Shown here piece by piece: positions 27,340 through 36,949 of a stretch of 64,000 nucleotides of DNA. This stretch comes from Candidatus Eiseniibacteriota bacterium (GTDB lineage: Bacteria; Eisenbacteria; RBG-16-71-46; CAZAMP01), in the NCBI GenBank assembly GCA_965224245.1, contig OZ245046.1:3168001-3232000 (forward strand). The letters are read 5' to 3'. Every line of letters starts with the position of its first letter. Position 1 is the stretch's first letter. The position numbers were made by a program, and so were the translations under genes. The notes below the pieces were generated by a model. The model searched no databases, was not told the DNA's origin, and saw only the letters and a program-made list of their open reading frames with translations.

Positions 27340-28511
27340 GCGTCAGAATCCGACGATACCGATCGGGGGGCTGGGAGGCCGACATCCGCGTGACCCGTCC
27401 CGACGGGACGGTGATGCGCGAGCGTCGAAAGGCACCGGTCCCCTCGAAATCAGGAGCCAAGCGCTGGGCGGAAGCCCGTGCACAAGAGCTCTTGCGCAAC
27501 GGTACGCAGCCACGAAAGGAGGTTCCCACACTCGCCGAGTTCGCTCCGCGGTTCCTGGATGGCTATGCGCGAGCGAACCGTCAGAAGCCGAGCGGCGTTG
27601 CAGCAAAAGAGTCCGTGCTCCGGGTCCATCTGATCCCAGCACTCGGCGGACGAGAGCTCGATCGGATCCGGACGGAGGACGTCCAGCGCCTCAAGGTCAA
27701 GCTCGGCAAGCGTGCACCGAAGACCGTGAACAACGTGCTCTCGGTGCTCAGCACCTTGCTCAAGGTGGCCAAGGAGTGGGACGTGATCACTCACGTACCG
27801 TGCACGATCAGGCTCGTGAAGGTCCCGCAGAAAGAGGCGGCGTTCCACGACTTTCACGAGTACGAGCAACTCGTCACGGCGGCACGGAGCATCGATCCCC
27901 AGGCGTACATCGTCGTGCTGCTTGGCGGTGATGCGGGCCTGCGGCTCGGGGAGATGCTCGCGCTCGAGTGGACGGACATCGACTTCGGACGCAACCGGAT
28001 CCGCGTGGAGCGGGCGACCTGGAAGCACGCAGAGGAGTCCACGAAGAGTGGGCGGAGCCGCTCAGTCCCGATGACCCAGCGGCTTCTCGATGCGCTGCAG
28101 GCGCATCGGCACCTCCGGAGCGAGAAGGTGCTCTGCCGCGAGGACGGAGCGCCGCTCTCGATGAAGATCATCCAGGTCTACGTCAAGAGCGCGGCTCGAC
28201 GCGCAAACCTGCGTCACAGGGGCGTACACGTCCTCAGGCACACGTTCTGTTCCCACCTGGCCATGCGGGGGGCCCCGGCCCGGGCGATCCAGGAGCTCGC
28301 CGGACACCGGGATCTCACGACGACCCAGCGGTACATGCACCTCAGCCCGGCCGCGCTCGACAGCGCGATCCGGCTGCTCGAGAGTGGAGACATACTGGAG
28401 ACGGAGGAAACGGATTCTTCGGTCAGCCACTCGCAACAAGAGAAGTGGTGGAGGCGGCGGGAATCGAACCCGCGTCCGAGAGTGCGTCCCCGTGAACCCC
28501 TACGTGCGTAG
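27336..28511 (+). CDS. int: Tyrosine recombinase / phage-type integrase
   Basis: GLRLGE (R), TK, HVLRH, AGH and TTQRY catalytic residues; the ORF runs through the att core into the antisense of ssrA. Confidence 0.95.
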   Translation: MSVRIRRYRSGGWEADIRVTRPDGTVMRERRKAPVPSKSGAKRWAEARAQELLRNGTQPRKEVPTLAEFAPRFLDGYARANRQKPSGVAAKESVLRVHLIPALGGRELDRIRTEDVQRLKVKLGKRAPKTVNNVLSVLSTLLKVAKEWDVITHVPCTIRLVKVPQKEAAFHDFHEYEQLVTAARSIDPQAYIVVLLGGDAGLRLGEMLALEWTDIDFGRNRIRVERATWKHAEESTKSGRSRSVPMTQRLLDALQAHRHLRSEKVLCREDGAPLSMKIIQVYVKSAARRANLRHRGVHVLRHTFCSHLAMRGAPARAIQELAGHRDLTTTQRYMHLSPAALDSAIRLLESGDILETEETDSSVSHSQQEKWWRRRESNPRPRVRPREPLRA

Positions 28512-28800
28512 TCTACCGTTTGATCTCGCCTAGGCGGCTCTGGTAGACAGGATCCGCTTCGGCCAGCTCGTCTGAAATCTCGCGCCGGTGCACCGAGCGG
28601 ACACCGACGCCAGCCTATCTATATGGCGTTCATCCCCCGACCGACAGGCCGAGCCGAAGGTGAACGTCGCGGACTAGTTAAGCCGCGAGGGCCATCTCGT
28701 GAGAGTTGGCAGTTGAGTTTTCCCGCCTGTTTAACGAGGCCTGCGGGGACCTCGGCACGCGATTCACGCTTCGTCACCCCCGTCGAAACCAAGCGCCCCC
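28446..28800 (-). ncRNA. ssrA: tmRNA; tag peptide (A)ANSHEMALAA* (28678-28710)
   Basis: 5' GGGGGCGCTTGGTTTCGACGGG; 3' GGGTTCGATTCCCGCCGCCTCCACCA; G3-U acceptor pair; tag reading frame ends ALAA-TAA. Confidence 0.96.
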
Positions 28801-28986
28801 AACGTGTTGTCGGCGGGAGCCGTCATCGACGGCGTCCGCCCGGGGCGAGCCCGGGCGCAGCCATGGTAACGCCAAACGGGTGGAAAGTGTTCCGAAACTC
28901 GCCCGACGGAGTCCCGACCGGATCCCCGGCGCCGACGCGAGGCGCCCGATGATCCGTCTTCCTGCATCCCCCTCGTTCGGAGCCGA

Positions 28987-29586
28987 TCAGGACTCGTCCG
29001 GGGCCACCCAGTGCGCGTCGGCCTTTGCACGGATGCTCTCCGGATCGGCGTCGAACGCCTGCTTCGCGTCTTCCGACGAGAAGAAGAACGTCTTGCCGTC
29101 GGTGACGGTGAAGATACCCGGGTCTCCCTGAACCTCTTGCCCCATGGACAGGGCGGTCGCACACAGCCCCCCGTAGACCACGTCGTAGGCGTGGGCAGCG
29201 GGATCAGCCTCGAACATCTTCCTGGCCTCGGCCGAGGAGAAGAGGTACGTGACGCCGTCCCGGACGACGAAGAGCGTCGGGTCGCTCTCGACTCGCTGGT
29301 TCACGGCCGCGGCGGTCGCGCACCAGCCATCGTACGCCACGTCATACGCGGCAGGATCGGCCTCGAACATCCGGCGGGCGTCCGCATTGGCGAACAGGTA
29401 GTGGTGACCGCGATACTCCAGCAAAAGCTCGGGGTCGCCCTTCACCGCCTGTCCCATGGCCACGTATGCGACCGGGCAGTACCCGTGGAGGGCGGGCTCA
29501 CCCATCTCGACCTCTTCCGCCATCGCGGCGCCGGCGACCGAAGCAACCGCGCCGGCGGTCAACAGAGCACGTACGGTCCGAAGCAT
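28987..29586 (-). CDS. Exported YHS-domain protein (three repeats)
   Basis: Signal peptide MLRTVRALLTAGAVASVAGAAMA; GYCPVAY, YDGWCAT and YGGLCAT repeats, each followed by YLF/FFF...FEADP/FDADP; GGAGGAG RBS. Confidence 0.8.
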   Translation of the reverse strand: MLRTVRALLTAGAVASVAGAAMAEEVEMGEPALHGYCPVAYVAMGQAVKGDPELLLEYRGHHYLFANADARRMFEADPAAYDVAYDGWCATAAAVNQRVESDPTLFVVRDGVTYLFSSAEARKMFEADPAAHAYDVVYGGLCATALSMGQEVQGDPGIFTVTDGKTFFFSSEDAKQAFDADPESIRAKADAHWVAPDES

Positions 29587-30116
29587 GTCTCCTCCTCGGT
29601 GGGATCCTCGCCCGGCCGTCAACGCCCCTGCCGCACCGTGCGGACAGGTCGCTCGAAGGGTTGGTGAGCCGATGAGCGTCTTCCTTACACGCGCCTCGCA
29701 TGGTCCTGGTGTACACGGCGGCGGACCGAGCTCGATCGGCCATTCGGGAACCGCGCCGGCGCGCCCACGGGGAACCAGCGGATGCGGTGCTTCACCCACC
29801 ATCGTTCACCTGGGTACGGAAGGGTCACGTGACCGATCGCCGCGACGCGGGTCATCCCCCGGCAGCCCGCCGCGATCTCCGATAGGCTCGGTCGGCACGT
29901 CGAACCGGCCGGTCAAGACGGTCACCGGCACGAGCCCGAGGCCTTCGAGGACCTCGGCGAGAGCACGCTCGTGAAGGGCAAGACGACGGATTCATGATCC
30001 TGATTCACGAGTTCGGGCACCTCGTGCGGTACCTCGAGGACGAGCCCGGTTACGAGTCGAAGCGCATGACCAGCTACGTCGAGCAGATGATCGCGCGCGG
30101 GAGCCTCGGAGACGAG

Positions 30117-30192
30117 TGGTGCGCCATCAGGGACTCGAACCCCGAACCCACTGATTAAGAGTCAGTTGCTCTACCAGTTGAGCTAATGGCGC
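30117..30192 (-). tRNA. tRNA-Lys(CTT)
   Basis: GCGCCATTAGCTCAACTGGTAGAGCAACTGACTCTTAATCAGTGGGTTCGGGGTTCGAGTCCCTGATGGCGCACCA cloverleaf. Confidence 0.97.
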
Positions 30193-30283
30193 ACGTGCAG
30201 GACGGCAGGCGGAGGACCATACCGATCCGCCGAGGTCGCGTCAAGCCTCGGCGGCGGTGTACGACTCCCGGCGGGAAGAGACC

Positions 30284-30335
30284 GCTCGTGATCGTTCGCG
30301 ACGATCGATCACGAGCGATCGATCACGAGCGATCG
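30284..30335. repeat. GATC-rich hairpin / 14-bp tandem repeat downstream of ssb
   Basis: GCTCGTGATCG pairs with CGATCACGAGC; CGATCGATCACGAG occurs twice in tandem. Confidence 0.45.
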
Positions 30336-30336
30336 G

Positions 30337-30762
30337 TCAGAACGGAAGGTCGTCGTCGCCGCCCAGATCGTTGGCCTCGGGGACGGAGCCCGCGGGGACC
30401 GAGTCGCGATCTCCGCCGCCCCCACCGCCTCCGCGTCCGCCGAGCATCAGCATGTTCCGGCCCACGACCTCGGTGGTGTACTTGTCGTTGCCCTGCTGAT
30501 CCTGCCACTTGCGCGTCTGGAGGCGTCCCTCGATGTAGACCTGGCTGCCCTTGCGCAGGTACTGCCCCGCGGTGTCGGCCGTGCGGCCGAAGAGGACGAC
30601 GCGGTGCCACTCGGTGCGCTCTTCCCACGAGTCGCCGACCTTGACCGACTCGGTCGTGGCCAGGCGCAGGTTGGCGACCGACACGCCGGACTGCGTGTGC
30701 CGCACTTCGGGATCGAACCCGAGATTGCCGACCAGGATGACTTTGTTCACTCCGCGTGCCAT
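30337..30762 (-). CDS. ssb: Single-stranded DNA-binding protein
   Basis: [37 protein letters not shown] tail. Confidence 0.98.
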   Translation of the reverse strand: MARGVNKVILVGNLGFDPEVRHTQSGVSVANLRLATTESVKVGDSWEERTEWHRVVLFGRTADTAGQYLRKGSQVYIEGRLQTRKWQDQQGNDKYTTEVVGRNMLMLGGRGGGGGGGDRDSVPAGSVPEANDLGGDDDLPF

Positions 30763-30878
30763 GAGATTGCTCCTCGAGGATCGTCGAACGTCGGGTTCGG
30801 GCCGGCTGAGAGCGGTTGCCGGGTGCGGCGCGTCTCCGCGCCCAGGAGTCTACCGCCCGGGCGGGCCCGGGCAAAGGG

Positions 30879-30907
30879 TTGACACCCCATCGGCGGCTAT
30901 CTACCGT
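30879..30907 (+). promoter_or_regulatory. Sigma70 promoter for tRNA-Pro/tRNA-Arg
   Basis: TTGACA-17bp-TACCGT. Confidence 0.6.
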
Positions 30908-30952
30908 CTTCCGCCAGCCGTGTGGGCCCGTTCCAGGGGGTTCGCACCTCGT

Positions 30953-31029
<77 letters not shown>

Positions 31030-31046
31030 CTCGCCTTCCGACGTGC

Positions 31047-31123
31047 GCGCCCGTAGCTCAGCTGGATAGAGCAGCGGACTTCTAATCCGCAGGTCCCGCG
31101 TTCGAATCGCGGCGGGCGCGCCA
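31047..31123 (+). tRNA. tRNA-Arg(TCT)
   Basis: GCGCCCGTAGCTCAGCTGGATAGAGC...CTTCTAA...GTTCGAATC...GGGCGCGCCA. Confidence 0.97.
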
Positions 31124-31149
31124 GACACCCCCGAGCCGGCCGCCCCGGC

Positions 31150-31779
31150 TCAGGCCCGGGCCGACAGCCACGCCTCCAGGAGCGGAACCACCGCCCGGAG
31201 CGCCCGCGCCCGGTGGCTCTGGCGGTTCTTCTCGTCGAGCGACATCTCGGCGAACGTGCGCTCCGCGTCGAGGGGACGGAACACCGGGTCGTAGCCGAAG
31301 CCGCCTTCGCCGCGCGCCTCGGACAGGATGACGCCCTCGCTGACGCCGTCCACCGTGCGCGTCGTCCCCGAACGGGGATCCACGAACGCCATCACCGCCC
31401 GGAAGCGTGCCGTGCGCTCGGGCGCGGGCACGTCTGCCATCACGTCGAGGAGCCTGGCCACGTTCTGGGCGTAGGTCGCGTCCGCGCCGGCGAAGCGCGA
31501 CGAGTACACGCCGGGCGCCCCATCCAGCGCGTCCACCTCGAGGCCCGTGTCGTCGGCCAGCGCCGGCTCTCCGGTGAGGCGGGCGATCGTGGCCGCCTTC
31601 AGGATGGCGTTCGCCTCCAGCGTGGAGCCGGTCTCCTCGACCTCGGGAAGCTCTCCCCACTCGTCGACCAACACGAGCGTGATCGGCAGCACCGAGAGTA
31701 CGGCCCGGATCTCGGTGACCTTGTCCCGATTGCGCGTCGCGAGGACGACGCGCCGCACGGCGTCTCCCTCGCTCGTCAC
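31150..31779 (-). CDS. rdgB: Non-canonical purine NTP pyrophosphatase
   Basis: [34 protein letters not shown]. Confidence 0.96.
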   Translation of the reverse strand: MTSEGDAVRRVVLATRNRDKVTEIRAVLSVLPITLVLVDEWGELPEVEETGSTLEANAILKAATIARLTGEPALADDTGLEVDALDGAPGVYSSRFAGADATYAQNVARLLDVMADVPAPERTARFRAVMAFVDPRSGTTRTVDGVSEGVILSEARGEGGFGYDPVFRPLDAERTFAEMSLDEKNRQSHRARALRAVVPLLEAWLSARA

Positions 31780-32504
31780 GACGCCGCCCTGGCCAGCGTG
31801 GTCCGCTGCTTCTTCACGATCCGGCGGATGCCGCGCGAGCCGAGCGTCAGCAGCTGCCCGAGCTCGCGGCGCGAGAATGCGACCCCCTCGGCCGTGCCCT
31901 GGATCTCGACGAAACGCCCGCTCTCGGTCATGACGAGGTTCATGTCGGTCTCCGCCTTGGAGTCCTCGGCGTAGTCGAGATCCAGCACCGGCACGGTCTC
32001 GACGATGCCGACGCTGACCGCCGCCACGAGCTCGACGATCGGGTCGCGACGCAGGACGCGGCGCTCGCGAAGCGTCCGCATGGCCTCGGCCAGCGCCACC
32101 ATCGCGCCGGAGATCGCCGCGGTCCGCGTACCGCCGTCCGCCTCGATGACGTCACAGTCCACGATGATCGTGTTCTCGCCCAGCGCATCGAGGTCGACGG
32201 CCCCGCGCAGGCAGCGGCTGACCAGCCGCTGGATCTCCGTCGATCGTCCCCCCTGCTGGGCCGAGCGCGGGGTGCGCTCCAGACCCGATCGAGGCAGCAT
32301 GTTGTACTCGGCGGTGACCCATCCGGCGCCGGTGCCACGGCGCCAGCCGGGGACCCCTTCGGAGAAGCTGGCCGCGCAGAGCACCCGGGTCTCACCGAAG
32401 GACACCAGACACGAGCCCTCCGCGTGTCGAAGGTAGCTCGTCGTCATGGTGATCGGTCGGAGCTGACCGGGCGTGCGGCCGTCGTGCCGCGCTCTCACGG
32501 ACAT
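31776..32504 (-). CDS. rph: Ribonuclease PH
   Basis: [42 protein letters not shown]. Confidence 0.96.
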   Translation of the reverse strand: MSVRARHDGRTPGQLRPITMTTSYLRHAEGSCLVSFGETRVLCAASFSEGVPGWRRGTGAGWVTAEYNMLPRSGLERTPRSAQQGGRSTEIQRLVSRCLRGAVDLDALGENTIIVDCDVIEADGGTRTAAISGAMVALAEAMRTLRERRVLRRDPIVELVAAVSVGIVETVPVLDLDYAEDSKAETDMNLVMTESGRFVEIQGTAEGVAFSRRELGQLLTLGSRGIRRIVKKQRTTLARAAS

Positions 32505-32568
32505 GGCTTCCTCCGGGGACGTCGACCGGTGACGTCGGGGCTCGGGGCTCTCGGCGCGTCGCGAGCCG

Positions 32569-33393
32569 CTAGCGTTCGTACCACGGAACGTCGCTCTGCT
32601 CCACCGTTCGGACCGAGTGGAGGGGATGTCCCAGGAATCGTTCGCCGAGCCGCGCGAAGTCGGTGGCGGCGTCACTGGCGAAGCACTCGAGCTCGCCGCC
32701 CCCGACCCGGTCCGGCGCCGCGAGATCGTGCTCACGCACCAGTCGCTCGAGCGCGTTGGCGGTCTCGCCGGCCGAGTCGACGAGCTCGACGTTCGCGTCC
32801 AGGACCGACGCGATCGTGCCCGTCAGGAGCGGATAGTGCGTGCACCCGAGGATGACCGTGTCGACCCGTCCCTCGCCGAACGGGGTCAGATAGTGCTCCA
32901 CGACGCGCCGGGGAACGTCACCGTCCACCCAGCCCTCCTCGACGAGATGCACCAGGAGCGGCGTCGCCACCTGGACGACCGCGACGTCGGCACGTCGGGC
33001 CGTCAGCGCCTCACGATACGCGTTCGATCGCACCGTGGCCGACGTTCCGATGACGCCCACGCGACCCGTTCGCGTCCGGGCCAGCGCGGCGGTGGCGCCG
33101 GGCTCGATGACGCCGAGGACCGGGATCGTCAGCTCGCGCGCGAGCGTCCCCAGCGCCATCGCCGACGCCGAGTTGCACGCGACCACGAGCGCCTTGACGT
33201 CGCGCCGGACCAGGAACCGCGTGATCTCGCGCGAGAAACGGGTGACCGTGTCCACCGACTTGTTGCCGTACGGCAGACGCGCGGTGTCGCCGAAGTAGAG
33301 AACGCGCTCGTTCGGCAGCGTACGACGGATGGCCGCCACCACCGTCAGGCCGCCGATGCCGGAGTCGAACACGCCGATCGGACGCTCGTTCAT
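32569..33393 (-). CDS. murI: Glutamate racemase
   Basis: [27 protein letters not shown]. Confidence 0.97.
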   Translation of the reverse strand: MNERPIGVFDSGIGGLTVVAAIRRTLPNERVLYFGDTARLPYGNKSVDTVTRFSREITRFLVRRDVKALVVACNSASAMALGTLARELTIPVLGVIEPGATAALARTRTGRVGVIGTSATVRSNAYREALTARRADVAVVQVATPLLVHLVEEGWVDGDVPRRVVEHYLTPFGEGRVDTVILGCTHYPLLTGTIASVLDANVELVDSAGETANALERLVREHDLAAPDRVGGGELECFASDAATDFARLGERFLGHPLHSVRTVEQSDVPWYER

Positions 33394-33405
33394 CGCATCG
33401 CCTCG

Positions 33406-33969
33406 CTACCCGATCTCGTCCGGCGCCAGATCTCGCAGCACGATCACGTCGCTGAGCGCGAGGCGTGGCTCGCGACTCGACAGCGGCTCCCCGTCGACGA
33501 GCAACGTCAGCGTGGAGACCTCGGCCACGTTGATCGTGATCGACTCGACGAGTGCGCGGATGGCCAGCCACCGCGTGGTGTCGCCGGCCTCGCGGGCGAA
33601 CGGCATCCCCTGCAGATCGATGACCAGGGCGTCGTCCGACAGGAACACGGACCGGACCCGACACCGGCGATCGAACAGGGACACGTTGCCCGCCGACGAG
33701 CCCCGAAGGAGCTCGGTCACCAGACGCTCGATGCGATCGGCGAGCGCGGGATCGTCGAGGATCTCGCGGGACTCCCGGACGAGCTCCGGTGCCGCCGGGT
33801 CGCCGAAGAACAGCGCGACCGGTCGCGTGCGGGGCGCGGCGTGCCCGGCCTCCACGATCCAGGGACTCGTCACGGTGGGCGCCGAGCGGAAGTACCGGAC
33901 CAGAAGCGCGACGGACCCCGCGACGACGACCAGACCCACGAGAAAGGCGATCCCCACGCGCCACCTCAC
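33406..33969 (-). CDS. GerMN-domain protein
   Basis: N-terminal TM, VALFF...LVRE, LLVDGE; typical position between amidase and murI; GTG start overlaps the amidase stop. Confidence 0.7.
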   Translation of the reverse strand: MRWRVGIAFLVGLVVVAGSVALLVRYFRSAPTVTSPWIVEAGHAAPRTRPVALFFGDPAAPELVRESREILDDPALADRIERLVTELLRGSSAGNVSLFDRRCRVRSVFLSDDALVIDLQGMPFAREAGDTTRWLAIRALVESITINVAEVSTLTLLVDGEPLSSREPRLALSDVIVLRDLAPDEIG

Positions 33970-35363
33970 CGGCCCACCTCCGTACCCGCGAACGCCTCGA
34001 CCGCGTCGCCGATCTCGTCGGCCAGGCGGTCGCGCGTTCGCTCCCAGCGGGTCTCGGTGAGCCGCGCGGCCACGAGCACCGCGACCGCCGGCATGTCGAC
34101 GCCCTCGAGCAGCTTCAGCGGGACCTGACGCACGTCCTCGCCCGCTCGATCGCCGCGCGTGGTCTCGCGCAGGATCCACTGGCCGAACGCCCGGCTCTGG
34201 TCGAGGTACTCGGCCTGCACGGCCGTCCACGGGACGAGGCGGTAGCCGGCCACGACCTCGGCCCGCGGCGTGTTCAGCGGGCGATGCACCGCGCACCGCA
34301 CCGGGACGAAGGTCGACGACGGGTACGCGTCCAGCTCCAGACTGATGAAGAGGTCGCCGCCGACCGCATTCGCCACCGCGGCCCGGTCCGCCAGCGCGAG
34401 ATCACGATCCTCGTTGCGCGTGAGGGTGACCTCGAATCCGGCGTCCAGCAGCCGATCGGCCAGGGCGCGGGCGAGGTCGAGCGTGAACCACTTCTCGCCG
34501 CGGCCGCCGCGGCCGGGCGTGGGCACCCCGACGTCACGGCCTCCGTGACCGGCGTCCACCACGATGCGCATGACCGGTCGGCGCGCGGTCGGCGGCTCGC
34601 CGCGGAGCGGCGCCAGTCCGTCGCGACGATCGCCGACGAGGAGCCTCAGGCGCGATTCGGCCCGTTCGCGCCACGCGTAGCCGTCGACGTCGTCGGTGAG
34701 GTGCAAGATGACGAGCGTCCCGTCCTCGCGGCGGTGCGTGTCGACGCTCTCGATCACGTTCTCGGCCCCCGCGGGGACCCGGACGTCGGTGGCGAAGCAG
34801 CCGGTCAGGAGCACGTCGAGCGCGCCCCCGGCCGCGGTGGCCGTGGGCCTGTCGGGAAAGAAACCGTGAAAGATGATCTCGGCGCCGTCCCCGTGCCGGC
34901 GAACGGTGAGCGAGTCGACGCGCGCCGCGCTCTCGCCGACGAAGAGGTATCCCCCCTGGTACGTCAGCCCGATCGTGGCCACCCGGGCGAGCACGTCGCG
35001 GACGAACTCCTCGGGAACCCACACGCCCCCCTCGCGCACGCGAACGGGCCGGGCCAGCTGCCAGGTGGTCGTGGCCCCGTGCACCAGACGCGAGTCGGCG
35101 AGCAGCCGGACCTCCTGCCCCTGCACCCAGACCGAGGTGACACCGGTTCCCCTGTCGGTGCGACGGCTCGCGCCGAGCGGCCGGAGCAGGTCGTTGAGGG
35201 CGAGATAGACACCCTCGTCGACGCGAAGCGAGGTGATCGACACCGGCTCGGCCGACGCGCTTCCCCCGCGACCCCACGTCGACGATGCGACCAGGACGAG
35301 CGCCGCCAGAAGCGCCGGCACCGAGCGGCCCGGCATCCGCGCGATGGACCGCCTCGCGCTCAC
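33966..35363 (-). CDS. N-acetylmuramoyl-L-alanine amidase family protein (Amidase_3, degenerate active site)
   Basis: Signal peptide; IVVDAGHGG, EK, LTR..D, RAAVAN, FISLE, MPAV. Confidence 0.8.
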   Translation of the reverse strand: MSARRSIARMPGRSVPALLAALVLVASSTWGRGGSASAEPVSITSLRVDEGVYLALNDLLRPLGASRRTDRGTGVTSVWVQGQEVRLLADSRLVHGATTTWQLARPVRVREGGVWVPEEFVRDVLARVATIGLTYQGGYLFVGESAARVDSLTVRRHGDGAEIIFHGFFPDRPTATAAGGALDVLLTGCFATDVRVPAGAENVIESVDTHRREDGTLVILHLTDDVDGYAWRERAESRLRLLVGDRRDGLAPLRGEPPTARRPVMRIVVDAGHGGRDVGVPTPGRGGRGEKWFTLDLARALADRLLDAGFEVTLTRNEDRDLALADRAAVANAVGGDLFISLELDAYPSSTFVPVRCAVHRPLNTPRAEVVAGYRLVPWTAVQAEYLDQSRAFGQWILRETTRGDRAGEDVRQVPLKLLEGVDMPAVAVLVAARLTETRWERTRDRLADEIGDAVEAFAGTEVGR

Positions 35364-35833
35364 TCGACGTCCCTCCGCAGACTGCGACGGATCTCGCGAT
35401 CGGCATCCCGCTTCGCGATCTCCTGCCGCCGATCGTACTGGCGCTTGCCTCGCACGAGCGCCAGGAGGACCTTCACGTGCGACCCCTTGAAGTAGAGCTC
35501 GGTGGGTACCAGGGTCAGTCCCTTCTCCTGGATCTTTCCACGCAGCCGGTCGATCTCGCGCCGGTGCAAGAGGAGCTTGCGCTTGCGGCGGGGCTCGTGG
35601 TTGACCCGGTTTCCCATCTCGTACGGGTTGATGTGCACGCCGATCAGGAAGACCTCGCCCCGATCGACGTCGGCGTAGGCGTCCACGAGCGACGCCTTGC
35701 CGCCCCGGAGCGACTTGACCTCGGTGCCGGTCAGGACGAGCCCGGCCTCGATCGTCTCCAGGATCTCGTAATCGTGGCGTACCTTGCGATTGCTCGCGAT
35801 GACCCGCTTTTCTCTGGTCCCGGTCTCGGCCAC
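35360..35833 (-). CDS. smpB: SsrA-binding protein
   Basis: NRKVRHDY, EAGLVLTGTEVKSLR, RKLLLHRREI, GKRQYDRR. Confidence 0.97.
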   Translation of the reverse strand: MAETGTREKRVIASNRKVRHDYEILETIEAGLVLTGTEVKSLRGGKASLVDAYADVDRGEVFLIGVHINPYEMGNRVNHEPRRKRKLLLHRREIDRLRGKIQEKGLTLVPTELYFKGSHVKVLLALVRGKRQYDRRQEIAKRDADREIRRSLRRDVE

Positions 35834-35907
35834 CCGATCTCCCAGCCGCACCGTCGCGACATTCGTTGACACCTCCGGACACCGGTACGTACACTCCCCG
35901 CCCGGTT

Positions 35908-35994
35908 GCGGAAGTGGCGGAATTGGTAGACGCGCTAGGTTCAGGGTCTAGTGAGCGCAAGCTCATGGGGGTTCGAGTCCCCCCTTCCGCACCA
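35908..35994 (+). tRNA. tRNA-Leu(CAG)
   Basis: GCGGAAGTGGCGGAATTGGTAGACGC...TTCAGGG...long variable arm...GGTTCGAGTCC...CCGCACCA; TTGACA/TACACT promoter at 35866-35895. Confidence 0.96.
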
Positions 35995-36224
35995 TCGACG
36001 TCCCCGTCGTTCCCTCGCCCCACCGATCGGTCCCGGCTCGGCCCGATCAGCGGCGCGTCGAACGACGGTCGGCGCCGCCACGACATCGACGCGCCGGCGC
36101 ACCCTTCCGCGTCGGCGGATGGTAGCGCACCGGCGCGCCGCTCACAGCATCGAGTTGCCTCGATCGAGTCGCCTCGATGTTGCGCCCCTCTCGAGCACCT
36201 GTACCTACTTCCCTACACCTACTT

Positions 36225-36893
36225 CTACCTCCCTACTTCGCGTCCATCGGAGGGTCCGCCTCCTCGACCGGGGGTCAGGTAGAGCGACTTGATCGTCGAC
36301 CAGGGCTCGTCTCGAACCGGGGCCAGGCACTCGTTCGTGGCCCCCGGCGTGGGCGGACAGCCGGTCGCGATCGGCGGAGCCTCTCCGTCGTACGGATTGA
36401 GGCCGTCGAAGACCACCCAGACGTCGGGATCGGATGCCAGCCGACCGCCGGACCGATCGTCTTCGGCCTCCTCGTCGAGGTAGGTGATCTGATCGACCAT
36501 GACGGTGTCGGTCGCCGTCAGCTGCCACAGCCCGAGGACGCCGCCTCCGTTGGCCAGCCGCAGCCCGAACGCCGGATTGCCCGTCTCGCGCTCCCAGTCG
36601 TACGACTGGCTGCCGTACACGACGCGGACCTCCCCTGCCGGCAGCGTGCCCGAGAACTCGTAGCGCCACGTCGTGTCGGCCGATGCGAGGCGCCACCCGG
36701 TCAGGTCGACGGCGGCACCCGACAGGTTGATGATCTCGGCCCACTCGTCGTCGCGGCTGTGCACCACGGCGTCCCCGTTCCAGTCGCGGGCCGGGTCGGC
36801 CAGCACCTCGTTGATCGCCATCTCCGGCGCGGCGACCGCGACGGCGAGTGAGCCCACTGCGAGCACGATGTCCATTGTGTTGCTGCCTTTCAT
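36225..36893 (-). CDS. Lamin-tail-domain exported protein
   Basis: INEVLADP..D.NGD...DEWAEIIN.SG..VDLTGWRL, PTPGATN, WSTIKSLY near the C-terminus. Confidence 0.8.
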   Translation of the reverse strand: MKGSNTMDIVLAVGSLAVAVAAPEMAINEVLADPARDWNGDAVVHSRDDEWAEIINLSGAAVDLTGWRLASADTTWRYEFSGTLPAGEVRVVYGSQSYDWERETGNPAFGLRLANGGGVLGLWQLTATDTVMVDQITYLDEEAEDDRSGGRLASDPDVWVVFDGLNPYDGEAPPIATGCPPTPGATNECLAPVRDEPWSTIKSLYLTPGRGGGPSDGREVGR

Positions 36894-36949
36894 GCGCGCT
36901 TCTCGCGCATCGGGTGTTGGTGCCCCGGGGAAGGCGTGGCGTGACGGGC

